DNA of 62,603 nucleotides, the filler included, from Stramenopiles sp. TOSAG23-6 (lineage: Eukaryota): the NCBI GenBank assembly GCA_900128565.1. It is 29 parts of 29 records of this genome, joined end to end, with 100 filler letters (N's around TTAATTAATTAA, not from the genome) between each part and the next. Parts side by side here need not be neighbours in the genome. Positions count along the whole stretch, not along the records: positions 10,895 to 12,970 come from LT638331.1; positions 13,071 to 15,145 come from LT638332.1; positions 15,246 to 17,316 come from LT638333.1; positions 17,417 to 19,484 come from LT638334.1; positions 19,585 to 21,651 come from LT638335.1; positions 21,752 to 23,814 come from LT638336.1; 23 more parts are not named here. One strand, 5' to 3'. Positions 12,089-23,914 of this stretch are shown here, in pieces. The notes beneath the pieces are model-generated. The model saw only the letters and a list, made by a program, of their open reading frames with translations. It ran no database searches and had not been told where the DNA came from. How positions within the stretch are numbered: the first letter of the stretch is position 1; each line of letters begins with the position of its first letter. Both the position numbers and the translations under genes were made by a program.

Positions 12089-12936
12089 ATGTTTGGTTTA
12101 TCTATCCGAAATACTTTTATATTATATATCTGCGTTGGGGCAACTTTTGCTTTTGGTAGTATATCCAAAGAATGTGAAGTTAATATAGGCTTACACTTGA
12201 TGACTAGTCTACTGAGCTCTGGTAAANNNNNNNNNNNNNNNNNNNNNNNNNNNNNNNNNNNNNNNNNNNNNNNNNNNNNNNNNNNNNNNNNNNNNNNNNN
12301 NNNNNNNNNNAGTCTCCTTCATAGCGAAAAGTAACTCTAACTCAACTGTTTTCATGGGTCGGTCTGAAGTTCCAGGCGAAGTTGGACTTTGTTTGCCAAA
12401 AAATTGTAATAAGACAGACGTGAAAAGCTTATTAACTTCACCTGGACGTTTACTTGATTTGTATTCGAAGCATGATATGAAAATGAGCGTCACATCAGTA
12501 ATGAACTCAACGGATAGAATTCATATTGATTGGGGTGGATGGTTAGCAATCATTTTTTGTGTTTCTATTTCAACTTTCATTTTCTCTATAACAATCCTTA
12601 GAGTAGTGTTTTCCGTAGTAGATGGTAAGTACTCGAATAACAAAAACACAGGGCAATTACAGAAACAAACAAACTTGGAACAAATTTCATCATCACTCGA
12701 TTCAGAAATTTTGGATATTATGGAAAATAACGACAAAATTTCAAATGATTTTCATCTCTCACTTCATCGCTGTTTACTAAAGATATCTGAGAATTGGTTA
12801 TGCAAAGCCTTTGATGCGCGATTAAACTGGAATAAGTTGATAACATTACCAAAAGAACGAAGTACAGATTCATTAAATGGGGTAAGGGTTTTATCGATCC
12901 TTTGGATTATTTTAGGCCACACCTTTCTCATGCCAT
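12089..12936 (+). CDS. NRF-6/O-acyltransferase (acyltransferase-3) family protein, 5' part
   Basis: Signal peptide, GLCLPKNC, a TM helix, then DSLNGVRVLSILWIILGHTF. It ends at a family donor at 12937. Confidence 0.85.
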
Positions 12937-13254
12937 GTACGTTTTATATGAATTTCTAATTTAATTTTTTNNNNNNNNNNNNNNNNNNNNNNNNNNNNNN
13001 NNNNNNNNNNNNNNTTAATTAATTAANNNNNNNNNNNNNNNNNNNNNNNNNNNNNNNNNNNNNNNNNNNNTGTTGCTGCTGTAATTGATTCATAATTTTT
13101 GTAAAAAAATAAATATAGTTTTCTAAATAATGGTGTATATGTAGTACATGGTGTGTTTATATGAAATTCTCAAATTGAAATGATAATGTATTGGGTGTAG
13201 TGTCAAATTAAGGTTCTGCATTTTTTTTTTTTTGTTTTTTGTTTTTTGTTTTTT

Positions 13255-13920
13255 GTAACAGCCGCACCAACAACTGCATCACCAACAGCCGCGCCAACAA
13301 CTGCAACAACAACACCAACTGCAGCACCAACTGCATTACCAACAGCAACACCAACTGCAGCAAGCCGCGCCAACAACTGAATCACCAGCACCAACGGCAA
13401 CAACCGCAACACCAATAGCCACACCAACAACTGCATCACCAGCACCAACTGCATCACCAACAGCCTTACCAACAACTGCATCACCAACACTAACTGCAGC
13501 ACCAACAACTGCATCACCAACGGCAACACCAACGGCCGCACCAACAACTGCATCACCAGCACCAACAACTGCATCACCACCAACGGCAGCACCAAATGCA
13601 TCACCAACAGCNGCACCAACAACTGCATCACCAGCACTAACTGCAGCACCAACAACTGCATCACCAACGGCAACACCAACATCCGCACCAACAACCACCA
13701 GCACTAACTGCAACACCAACAGCTGCACCAACAACTGCACCAACAACTGCATCACCAGCACTAACTGTAGCACCAACAACTGCACCAACAACTGCATCAC
13801 CAGCACCAATAGCTGCACCAACAACTGCATCACCAGCAACAACAGCAACATCAACTGCAGCACCAACAGCCACACCAACAACTGCATCACCAGCACCAAC
13901 TGCAGCACCAACTGCAGCAT
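13255..13920 (+). repeat. Mucin-like Pro/Thr/Ala repeat (PTTASPAPTAA) coding-type tandem array
   Basis: Repeated ccaacaactgcatcacca units. No clear start codon or exon context. Confidence 0.75.
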
Positions 13921-15300
13921 GTTTTGTTTTCAAAAGTAAATATATTATATATGAATCATTTCATTTCAATTGAATGATTCATCAACTCCATTAATTCTTG
14001 CTTTACATTACCATATACATGATGTTGGGGAAAAATAATTGGAAATGGAGAATTGTAGAATTTTGGGTATCCGGATCTTTAAAATCCGGATATAGGACAT
14101 TAGTGAGGGTTGGGGTTCGACCCATCAAAATTTGACAGGCCGTTTTGCAACGAGCAAACAAAGAGTAACTACCTTAGTGGTTACAAGATACATGTGAAAG
14201 AGAAAGTATCTTGTGCACTGAGAGTGTTATGGTGTCGCTCAAATTGTAGTTTGAATTGCTAGCCAGTGCATGAATTGTTGTGTTTTAATCTTGCCAGAAT
14301 TCTGCAAGTGTAAAGAGTCAGTAAGTTTGTGCAAAATGGGTTTGTGTGCGCTTGTTTCTGTTTGTTTTTTCTTAATAAAATACATAGAAGTTTACAAGTG
14401 TTTTTGTTTTATTTAACATTACATTTTAAATTAAACTTGTTGGAGATTCATGCTAGAATCTCTCATCAATGACATTGTTTGTATGCATATATTGTCATTG
14501 TTACATAGTTGAATGTAATAGTTTTGTTTCACCAAAAGATGTATTACATGACCCTAATAATGATATTATAATTTTGAATTCATGGTATATATATATTGTT
14601 TTGATAAAAAGTGATAACGCCATTTGGGGACACCGCTGAGCGAGGACTTCACTTACCGATTGAGTTTATGTGTCCTGTTTTTTTTTTGTTCCTTGAGGAT
14701 GTCGTTTCAATCCCCTGTGTGTATTTTTTTTTATTTTTTTTTTCATTTTTTTTCATATTTAATTTTTTGATGTTACCGGGATCATAAGTAGAACTTGACG
14801 GGATGTTTATTTTTAAGGAAAAGTAGATGACGGAGGGATGTTATTTTTGGACCACCCCATAGAAAACAGGGGAACCATCATTTTCACATTAAAGGAATAA
14901 AGCAATGAACCAACTTAGTACAATTGATGATAAAATACATGTGTATAGACTCTTGTGGGTCTTCAATATGTCATTCTAATGCCATTATTACATCTTTAAT
15001 GCAAGGGGAACCTTTTTGAGAGTTAGGGTTAGGGTTAGGGGAAACTGTGCAAAACATTTTTGTTCCCCTCTTTTAATGCAAAACATTTTCGTTCCCCTGT
15101 TTTTATGCAAAATATAGCCAGGGCTTTAGCTAGGGCTTTAGCTAGNNNNNNNNNNNNNNNNNNNNNNNNNNNNNNNNNNNNNNNNNNNNTTAATTAATTA
15201 ANNNNNNNNNNNNNNNNNNNNNNNNNNNNNNNNNNNNNNNNNNNNTTTTGTACCTAACAAAAATTAAATTTTTTTTTTGAAATATTTTTCCAAAATACAT

Positions 15301-17249
15301 CAAGGTCTCGTAGTATAAATGTACCACAACAAGAAGGTGTATGGGATAGACACCCACAATACAACACGAAATCTTCACCTTCTGATATGATGCCTAGATT
15401 TGATGAATCCGATCTAAACCAAGAAAATGACGAAGCTGAGAAAATAAACGAATGTTATTCACCACTGTGGCTTCATTTAACTTATTACGGTGAAGGTGAA
15501 TCTGAAAATACCTGGAAATCTTCTTTGCATGCTGAAGATAATGTATGTTTTATTTATTTATTTTTTTTTTGGTATGATTTTTTTTTTTGGTTTTCGTACG
15601 AAATTTTGTACCTAACAAATCTTAGTTTTTTTTTTTGAAATATTTTTTTGAAATACATGTAGCTCTTTTCCAAACACCGCTACCTTATAAATCATCCAAT
15701 ATGTTTTCTAAAAAAAAGGATTCTTCAAAGAAACTGTCGATGAAGGAATCTTCTGTCACAAATAGTAAGAATGATGCAAGTTTGAGAATATCTTCAACAT
15801 CGTCATCTGAAAATAAACGTGAAAATAATTCATCAAAAACAAAAGTAAAAGTAAAAGGAAATGAAAGTGAGAATGTAACAAAACCTTTCATAAATAATCG
15901 TCAAGTTGTTTCAGATGACACTTCCGATGGGCTTTCAAAAACTAAAAAAGCTAAAACTGCTTTGTCTACTACTAATCGTATACATATTACTAAAATTGAT
16001 TCATCTAATGCGAATGATCAACGTGTTACTGCTGATTTGAGTTCTGTACGTACGAATGTACTTTTGAATGCTGATAAAGCTCATCGTGAAGAAGAAAAAA
16101 CACGAAAAATGGTGGATAAAAAAAATAGAGCATTAGAATGGAATCCAAAGTTTCCACCAGTGTTATTCTTACTTGGTGGAGTATCAGCAACACCGTGGGG
16201 TCTAGAAATACTCTATGGTAATCAGACTTTATCTCAGAGATTGAATATTTTGCGTCATAAAGATGAGATTGATCCTGATGACTATAGGAATTTTACAAAT
16301 ACAAAATTATCTACTTTCAACCGAATTGTATCAAATGAAACAAACAAAAAAAGTAAAAAAACAGTAAATATATTTGAAGAAAAAACACGAAATAAAACAA
16401 ATACACTAAGGCATGCAGTATCAACGCCGTTATTGACAAATGAATTAAAACGTACAAAAAACGAATTTAATGCTACAATGATTGGTACTGGGTGTTCATT
16501 GATTGGTACCGGGTGTTCATTGAAGAGTAGTAATACAAGTCCAAAGTCGCCACGAAAAACACGAAAAACAATCGTTAGTATTTTAGCCAAACAGGAATTC
16601 GATGATTCGAAAGTTTTTTCATCACAAACAGAGAATTCTAAATTGAACGTGTACAAAATAACAAAAGGGAATTCAAGAATTTATCCAAAAGAAATATTTA
16701 ATTGTAAATGTTCAGACAATTCCTTTACCTGGAAAGCCTTGTATGTTTTCAAAATTTCAATTTTTTTTTCGTACGAAATTTTGTACCTAACGATTTTTTT
16801 ATTATCCAAAAAAAAATATATATTTTTCACAATACTTGTGTGCTCCTGCTACATTACCGTTACGAATTGGTAAATTTCCATCATTGATTGATTTAAAAAA
16901 TTCTTTTCATAGAACTCCAATTGATGTATTATTGCCATATGATTTAAGAGCTGTAGGATATTTGACTCATGAGGAATTAGTCCTGGAGATGCTTCGGCAA
17001 CGTTTAATATACGTTTTCACTATGAATTTCAATTTTTTTTTTTTTTTGGTTTTCGTAAAAAAAATTTTATACCTAACAAAAATATCAATTTTTTGAAATA
17101 TTTCCTACAATAAAAGCGTAATTATCAAATTGTGAATAAACCATCCGAAAATGAATATAATCGAGTGACCACCACGAATCAATTTAATGGGTCCTCTCCA
17201 AGTGATATAAATATTTCAAGAAATTCGAAAAGTAGCAAATTAGAATATT
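15301..17249 (+). CDS. DEPDC5: DEPDC5/IML1 (GATOR1 subunit), internal part; introns 15543-15658, 16741-16837, ~17009-17115
   Basis: PLWLHLTYY, WKALCAPATLPL (cf. WKSLTTPASLPL) and EMLRQRL.RNYQIV (cf. ELISQRLSQGFQLV). Confidence 0.75.
16741..16837 (+). mobile_element. Introner-family intron, GT...TT (97 nt)
   Basis: AAA GCC TT|GTATGT...CACAATACTT|G TGT GCT gives WKALCAPATLPL with no indel. Confidence 0.85.
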
Positions 17250-17416
17250 GTATGTTTTATTTTTTTTTTTACAAAAAAATCGAATTTATTTTTTTATAGT
17301 AAATTTTGTACCTAACNNNNNNNNNNNNNNNNNNNNNNNNNNNNNNNNNNNNNNNNNNNNTTAATTAATTAANNNNNNNNNNNNNNNNNNNNNNNNNNNN
17401 NNNNNNNNNNNNNNNN

Positions 17417-18511
17417 GAGTGCTCAGATCAAAACTGTCCCGACTGTAACAATTGCAATTATTGTCACACCTGTCAGCTGAACGGCCCGGATGATGACAAG
17501 TGGGATTGTTGTCATTGGACAAAAGATAGAGCTATAGGGAAGAGCAAAACTATGGTGCCTATCATTATAATGATATTATTTTCAGTATTTGGAATTGTTT
17601 TTGCGTCTCTACCAGTATGCTGCAAAATTTGTACGAAAGGGTGTACTCCTGTTATACTTGGTTTCATTGCTTTTTTCTTTGGTATTTTGTGTATTATTAT
17701 GCCTCATATTGTTCTCTCTAAAGGCTGTGATGAGGAGCAGAAAATGTGTAATGACTGGTGCCGTGATAAGATAGTGGGAATGTTCTACAAAGACTCTTAT
17801 GGTGCGGTAACAATTTTATTTGGACTTCCCGCTATTGCAATGGGAATAAGTGCAATGATGTCACCATTGTGTCATAAAGATGTACCATCAGCAGCCGTCG
17901 TTCCTACAGGAGTCCCTAATGCAGTTGTCGTTGGAGGCAATGAAACTGCTTTGGAGAATGCTAGATTAGCTCAACAACTTGCTGAAGCTAAAGAATCTTT
18001 GGCAAAAAAAGATCTGGAAGCAGACCGTGCTAAATTTGAAGCACAAAAGCTGGCCTTTGAAATGCAAAAGAAAGATCATATGAATCAATCAAAAGAGTTA
18101 CTGGCCGAAAACGAACGCCTTCAGAAAGAACATTCTCGCCTAGCAGGCCAATATGCTACTTTAGAAGAGGATGTATTAAGGGGGAAAATTACTGCCACTG
18201 AAGCAGAAGAATTGCGGAAAAGTAAAGCAGATAATGAAGCAGAAATTGCAAAGTTACAAAAAGAAATACATGCGGATTCAGAAAATACAAAGAAATCGAA
18301 TATGAGTCAAATAGAAAAGGCAAAAGCAAAGCAACAAGCAAAACTTGCTAAAAAGCGTGATGCACAAAAGAAAAAAATGGAGAAAAAACAAAAAAAGATA
18401 GAAGCAGCCAAAGCAAAGAAACAAGCCAAACTTGAAAGAAAACTTTCAAAAATAAAGGAAAAGGAGAAAAAAAAAGAAACTTCTGGTGATAGCGAGGATC
18501 AAGGTAGTTAA
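17417..18511 (+). CDS. C-terminal part (3 TM helices, Lys/Glu coiled coil) of a membrane protein whose N-terminus lies at 18935-19484
   Basis: The frame is continuous through the 55-nt terminal overlap of the contig (...CNYCHT-CQLNG...KTMVPIII). Confidence 0.8.
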   Translation, partial: ECSDQNCPDCNNCNYCHTCQLNGPDDDKWDCCHWTKDRAIGKSKTMVPIIIMILFSVFGIVFASLPVCCKICTKGCTPVILGFIAFFFGILCIIMPHIVLSKGCDEEQKMCNDWCRDKIVGMFYKDSYGAVTILFGLPAIAMGISAMMSPLCHKDVPSAAVVPTGVPNAVVVGGNETALENARLAQQLAEAKESLAKKDLEADRAKFEAQKLAFEMQKKDHMNQSKELLAENERLQKEHSRLAGQYATLEEDVLRGKITATEAEELRKSKADNEAEIAKLQKEIHADSENTKKSNMSQIEKAKAKQQAKLAKKRDAQKKKMEKKQKKIEAAKAKKQAKLERKLSKIKEKEKKKETSGDSEDQGS

Positions 18512-18934
18512 TTTGGTTCTTTAATTATAAACATTTTTGATTTGAATAATTGAGAGTATTGTATTTTTCCAATTTCGAATTTATTTTTCGTACGAAATTT
18601 TGTACCTAACAAATTTAAGGTTTTTTATTGTTTTTATACTTTATAGTAACCCTTTAAAGAATACGCATTGTTTTTTACGCAAATATACTGTTCTCTTTGT
18701 TTAGTATGGCTTATTTTGCAATTATTTTGCGTTTAAATTGAAATACAAATATATCCGTATATTCATACTATTATACCCACTTGCAACCTTTAATTCTGGA
18801 AAAATAAATTTAAAATTGGATAACCGCCGCATGGCCGTTACTGAAGTCTATAACGGACACTTCAAAGAAGTTCAAGTATTTGTTGCCTACTACAACGTTT
18901 TGTTTTCCTTATATTTCATAATATTAACTTTGAG

Positions 18935-19484
18935 ATGACATTATTAAAATTAATACTTTTTACAGTATTGATTTCTGTACGCTCTAACCATAATGGTAAT
19001 AATAAACACGCATTACCACCACACGTTCCGAGTAAGTGCAGGGTAGACAACAGCATGGACCCAAAGTGTAAAGGAACCAATGATAAGACAAGTTGTACCG
19101 ATGGATATTGGAAACTGTGGGAAAACAAGGAAAACTGTGACGAGAGATTTGAAGATTGTGACTTTAGTTGTCGATCTAACGCTTCTGTTCCCAGCAAATG
19201 TCAAGTAAATGGGCAACCAAATGCAACTTGTCAGGGAGATGAGCATAAAACGGGCTGTTCTGATGGATATTTTAAAATAATCCAATTTGATACGTGTTCC
19301 CCTGGAAGCGGACCATCAATTTGCAAGTTTTATTGTAAGCCTTTTAACGACAACAACAACAACAACAACAACAACCAAAACCAACACAACGACCGTGAAA
19401 ATTGCTCGGAGTGTATGGATGAATGTGAAGAGTGCTCAGATCAAAACTGTCCCGACTGTAACAATTGCAATTATTGTCACACCT
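18935..19484 (+). CDS. N-terminal part (signal peptide, two Cys-rich repeats, Cys/acidic region) of the same membrane protein
   Basis: MTLLKLILFTVLISV signal peptide. VPSKC...CxDGY repeats twice. Confidence 0.8.
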
Positions 19485-19651
19485 NNNNNNNNNNNNNNNN
19501 NNNNNNNNNNNNNNNNNNNNNNNNNNNNTTAATTAATTAANNNNNNNNNNNNNNNNNNNNNNNNNNNNNNNNNNNNNNNNNNNNCGAAATTTTGTACCTA
19601 ACAAAAAAATTAAAATTTTCAAAAAAAAAAAAATATTTTTCCAAAATACAT

Positions 19652-20783
19652 GAACGTCGTTTGTTGGACAAAACAGTGAGACGATTTAATCTCAACCCTA
19701 AAAAAGGAATTTCAGCTCTTTTAGGTCGAGATAAACGTGGTAAGCGTTTAGGAGGTGAAGCGGGTAAAGTTCTTAGCTATATTGAAGAGGCTCAATTTGG
19801 TGGAAAAGACCGAGAAGATATGGCAGTAGCACAATTTTTACTAGAAACGTTAGGTCTTAGTAAACAAAAAGTAGGAGATTGGCTAGGCGGTGCAGAAGAC
19901 CGTAATGTCTCTCATCTGAAACATTATGCTCTTTTATTACAGGAATTATTCAGAGGGAAGCCTTTTGAAACATCTCTACGATATTTTTTATCAAAATTTC
20001 GATTGCCAGGAGAATCTCAAAAAATAGAAAGAATTCTGGAGGCCTTTGCAGGGTCTTGGCTTACGGCAAATCCTTTGATAGAAAAAAAAAAAAAAAATAA
20101 TGACAAGACTAGTATGAATAATGATATAGATTTTCAATCATCTTCAGGTGCAGTATTAGGAAATGTAGCTCATTCATCTTTAGATGACGTTTTAGTTGAA
20201 GTGTGGATATCTTTGGAAAAGAGGAGGTCTCTTAAAAAGATGGGTAAAGAGATATTTTATTTTATCTGAATCAATATTATATTATTTTCTTGACGCAGAA
20301 GATGTTGATATTCGTGGATTCATTACTCTAAACTATGTCAAAATTGAAAAAAGCAAAAGTAAAAGAAGAAATGCCACTATTTACCCAAAGGAAGGACATT
20401 CGATTATCAAAACAGCAAAATTTAAACAGAATGGTGGCTTGTCCTTAGGAAATCATAAACAAATGCATTTGAGAGCAAGTAGTCGTCAAGAGATGGATGA
20501 TTGGATGTCGGCTCTTGTTGCAGCTATAAACCACGCAAATCCTGTTCATAAAACTGAGCAGGCACAAAAAGATGGACTTCGAAAAAGTTTGCGATTAAGT
20601 GGTGATTTCGTCGGTTTAAAAGTCGCAAATGTGTTAAAAGCAGGAGTCTGTGATGCAAAAAAGAAAGAAGAATTACGAAGAGAAAGACGTCATAGTGTCA
20701 ACTTGACATTACAGCATGGTCGTGAACTTGTAGGTGAGTCTCCTCTCCGCGGAAGGAAAAGAAGTTTGTCAACTGCAAACTAA
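19652..20783 (+). CDS. Cytohesin/ARNO-like Arf GEF (Sec7 + PH), with a frame break or deletion near 20195
   Basis: FNLNPKKGI, GLSKQKVGDWLG, FRLPGESQKIERILEAF (Sec7 glutamate finger), then PH motifs KCGYLWKRGG..KRWVKRYFIL and EMDDWMSAL. Confidence 0.85.
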
Positions 20784-20837
20784 ACAAATTAATCAATAAA
20801 TAATACAAATTTTATTGTTTCAAATGAAAATACAACA

Positions 20838-21651
20838 TCAAAAATAAGAATATGAATCTTCAGGTACCTCTTCGAGCACCGCAAAACTATCAAGATCTTT
20901 TGTCTGAGTGATTTTCGACCGAAAATCTGATGTAGTCGATGTTCCGATACTAGACCAGTTTTCTACATAGCTATCAAAATCTAAATCTTCAGTCCAAGTT
21001 AAGATATCTGATACGTTTTCTTCCCAATTATCTGCGTCGAAGTTAATAGTACCTACTCTTTCATCTCTAATGCTTTGTATATCTACTCTTTCATCTCTAA
21101 TGCTTTGTATACTTGATATATTCTGACCATTTTGTCCTTTATCTTTACTATCTTTTGCCGATTCATCTGTTTTTACTTTTCTACTTAAATCATTACTTGT
21201 TGCTCTACTTAAATCATTACTTTTTGCCCTTTCCTTGGCCAAGCCATCTCGATACAATCGTTGTAACCATTTTCTTTTATTCATTTTCCTTATCCTGACT
21301 AAATCTTCTCTTCTCCGTAATTTATTTCTATGATATGCAATTGTTTTTGCAGAAGATTTGACTGTAATTGGGTCATTTTGATCATCTTTCAAACTTTTCG
21401 CAGTCACGGACCTCCAACCATTATTTTCCCACCTGCTATACCATTGTGACTTCATATTATCTTCTTCTTCTATTTTTGACTGTGCCGACAAATTTGCAGC
21501 AAAGTATGTTTGGCCTACCTAAATTGTGAAAAAATATGTCAAACATTTGATTTGTTTTGTTAGGTACAAAATTTCGTACGAAACAAAATGGTAAAAACTC
21601 CTGACAGACAACATACACGAATTGTGGAAGACGTTGGAGAATAGGATGGAG
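20838..21651 (-). CDS. Hypothetical conserved-type protein, 3' part; intron 21519-21616
   Basis: Long open frame ending LTWTEDLDFDSYVENWSSIGTS. Confidence 0.6.
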
Positions 21652-21751
21652 NNNNNNNNNNNNNNNNNNNNNNNNNNNNNNNNNNNNNNNNNNNNTTAAT
21701 TAATTAANNNNNNNNNNNNNNNNNNNNNNNNNNNNNNNNNNNNNNNNNNNN

Positions 21752-23799
21752 ATGTCGAAGAAATTGATACAACCAATCATACAAAACCCATATCTGATAC
21801 ACATGAAGAAGGTGACACTCTACAACAAAGTGTCACTCCTCTGGAGAAACATTCTATGAGACCAAGAATGCCTAGTTTTATAAGTAGTTCAGTTGAATTG
21901 GAAATAGATGTAAAACATAGAGATGTATTATCAGAGGAACTTGAATTGATTTCGTTGTATCGACGATTTATATCGGATAAAAGTGTTGAAGTACGATTGG
22001 GTTGCTTACGACATGTAGGTGGGTTTTTAGCATGTCTCCGATGGAATATTCGAGAAAGAGTTATAAAAGAAGCAGGATCCAAAGGTTTTATAGAATGGGG
22101 TATCAATGTTGAGTCGTTATGTGGGAAAGAATATATCGATCATGTAATTTCTCCAGACAGGAACGTTGACGCAAATATTAATGAAAATAAGTATACTTCT
22201 AAAACATATAAATCATCGGCTGCTTCGGGTTACAAAAAGCCCCAGTCATCTATATTTAATTGGAGACTTCGTTGGTGTATTGCAGCTCAACTTGTACCTC
22301 TGGTGCAACTTTTTTCATTGAATACAACTATTAAATATATACTACCACTCACCTTAGCTCTCCGAAATGATGATGTCGCATGTGTTCAATCAAAATCATT
22401 AACGGGTATATGTACACTTCTTCATCGTTTTATTGTGACGGCTGATGAAAATTGCCATATGATATTGCCTAAATATACTGGAATTGATAGGTCAGCTGAT
22501 GTAAATATTGAAAGGAATGTTTCGCGAACTGAATTGAAAAAGCTAATTGAAAGAATTCTTTTAGATCTTGAAGGTGATAGTCATAAAAAAAGAATATTGT
22601 TGCCTCTATTATGTCGAATTTTACTCCTAGGGTGTCGTGCCGATGCAGATCTCTCAAAATCGGTCTCTGGTCAACGTGATTTTGGATTACAGTCACGTAG
22701 TTTTAAGAGATCTTATGTTTCACCATCACCTTGGGCTGGTTTAAGTGTTTCCTGTGGACCAGCTGAAATTGCTTCTCAAGCGTTTAAAGCAAACTCATCT
22801 ATCCGAAGTAATTTTCATAGACGAGGAAGTATTGGTATGAACGATTGCAGTTCCATTGGGCGCGGTGTATGCGATTCTAGTGTTGCAGTACGTCATGAGG
22901 CTTCATTTTCACTTAATTCGATTTTGTATGGTTGTATTCACACAAATGTAAATAAAAATTCAAGAGATGCAGAACAAGATGAAATTCAAGAAGTAAACTC
23001 TAAAAAAAAAGATAATTTCGAAAAATATAATGCTCCTGACTGGTATGGTGTGCGTAATATTCCCCCAATGCGTTTGAACTTCTTTAAAAAACACTTTCTA
23101 TCCGCTCTTTTGAAAGCTTGCAAAGACAAAGTAAGCAATGTGAGGCAGAGTTCTTTTGCGGTGCTCACATGTAGTGGATTCTCTTTTGAGTTTTGGAATA
23201 ATACACAAAAATCTGATAACAGTTGTAGTAAAGTAAGTAAAGATTGTATTGCTGCTGTTGTGGCAGCTGGACTGGAGGATTCGTCACCAGATGTCATATG
23301 GGCTGCAATGGCGTGTGTAAATTTTTATATAGCAGATGAGTGTCACAGATTAAAATCTTTGAAAACACTACCAAATATTGATTATAAAAGTGATGCGGAA
23401 AATTCCGTGTGGAAGAAACTATCTTTGTATGGAGTAAATCGTAGTTCAGCACGAGTACAATTAGCAAAGACACTCGTTAGGGGTCAAGGTGGACATAAAC
23501 CTGCTTCTGTTGATCTCTCAATATGGCGATATTTAGGAGGTGAGCTGCAGCAAGAAGAGAAATATCCAAAAAGTACTGTGCTGACTAGACTCGGGTGTAA
23601 AAATATTGAAGAAATGAAGACATCTAAACCACAGAAGAAAACGAATAGTATAATGATGCTATTTGATGATAGTGATACTACCGATACTTCAAATATATTT
23701 ATTGAAGATGGAAAAGAAGGTTCATCTAAGCAAACAGTAGAAAAGAACCTATCCCGAAGAAGAGCAACACCTGTATTTAGTATTCGGAAGCTTGCTTAA
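21752..23799 (+). CDS. HEAT-repeat phosphatase regulatory subunit (PP4R1/PP2A-A-like), 3' part
   Basis: DKSVEVRLGCLRHV, NWRLRWCIAAQL, DDVACVQ, DKVSNVR. Confidence 0.75.
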
Positions 23800-23914
23800 A
23801 AATAAATGAATAAANNNNNNNNNNNNNNNNNNNNNNNNNNNNNNNNNNNNNNNNNNNNTTAATTAATTAANNNNNNNNNNNNNNNNNNNNNNNNNNNNNN
23901 NNNNNNNNNNNNNN

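Noticed and set aside
13203-13933. Val/Gly/Ala- or Leu/Val-rich minus-strand ORFs (likewise 1676-1963, 3725-4081, 38622-38990)
   Set aside because: These are shadow frames of low-complexity repeats on the opposite strand.
14626-14690. Possible Pol III ncRNA or U1-like RNA (GGACAC/GTGTCC stem, ACTTACC, T-tract)
   Set aside because: The stem is short, ACTTACC is internal and no U1 fold or Sm site is evident. It could simply be a minus-strand GGTAAGT donor. An Rfam search would settle it.
15541-15658. Reading the family as U12 AT-AC introns (AT-GTATG...AATAC)
   Set aside because: The 2-nt shifted register gives AT...AC only for some copies. Others would start TT, GT, AG or AC and end AT, GT or TC, and there is no ATATCCTT donor. 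The GT register gives GTAYGT and puts the AG-ending copies in place. mRNA alone cannot exclude the shifted register when the TSD is perfect.
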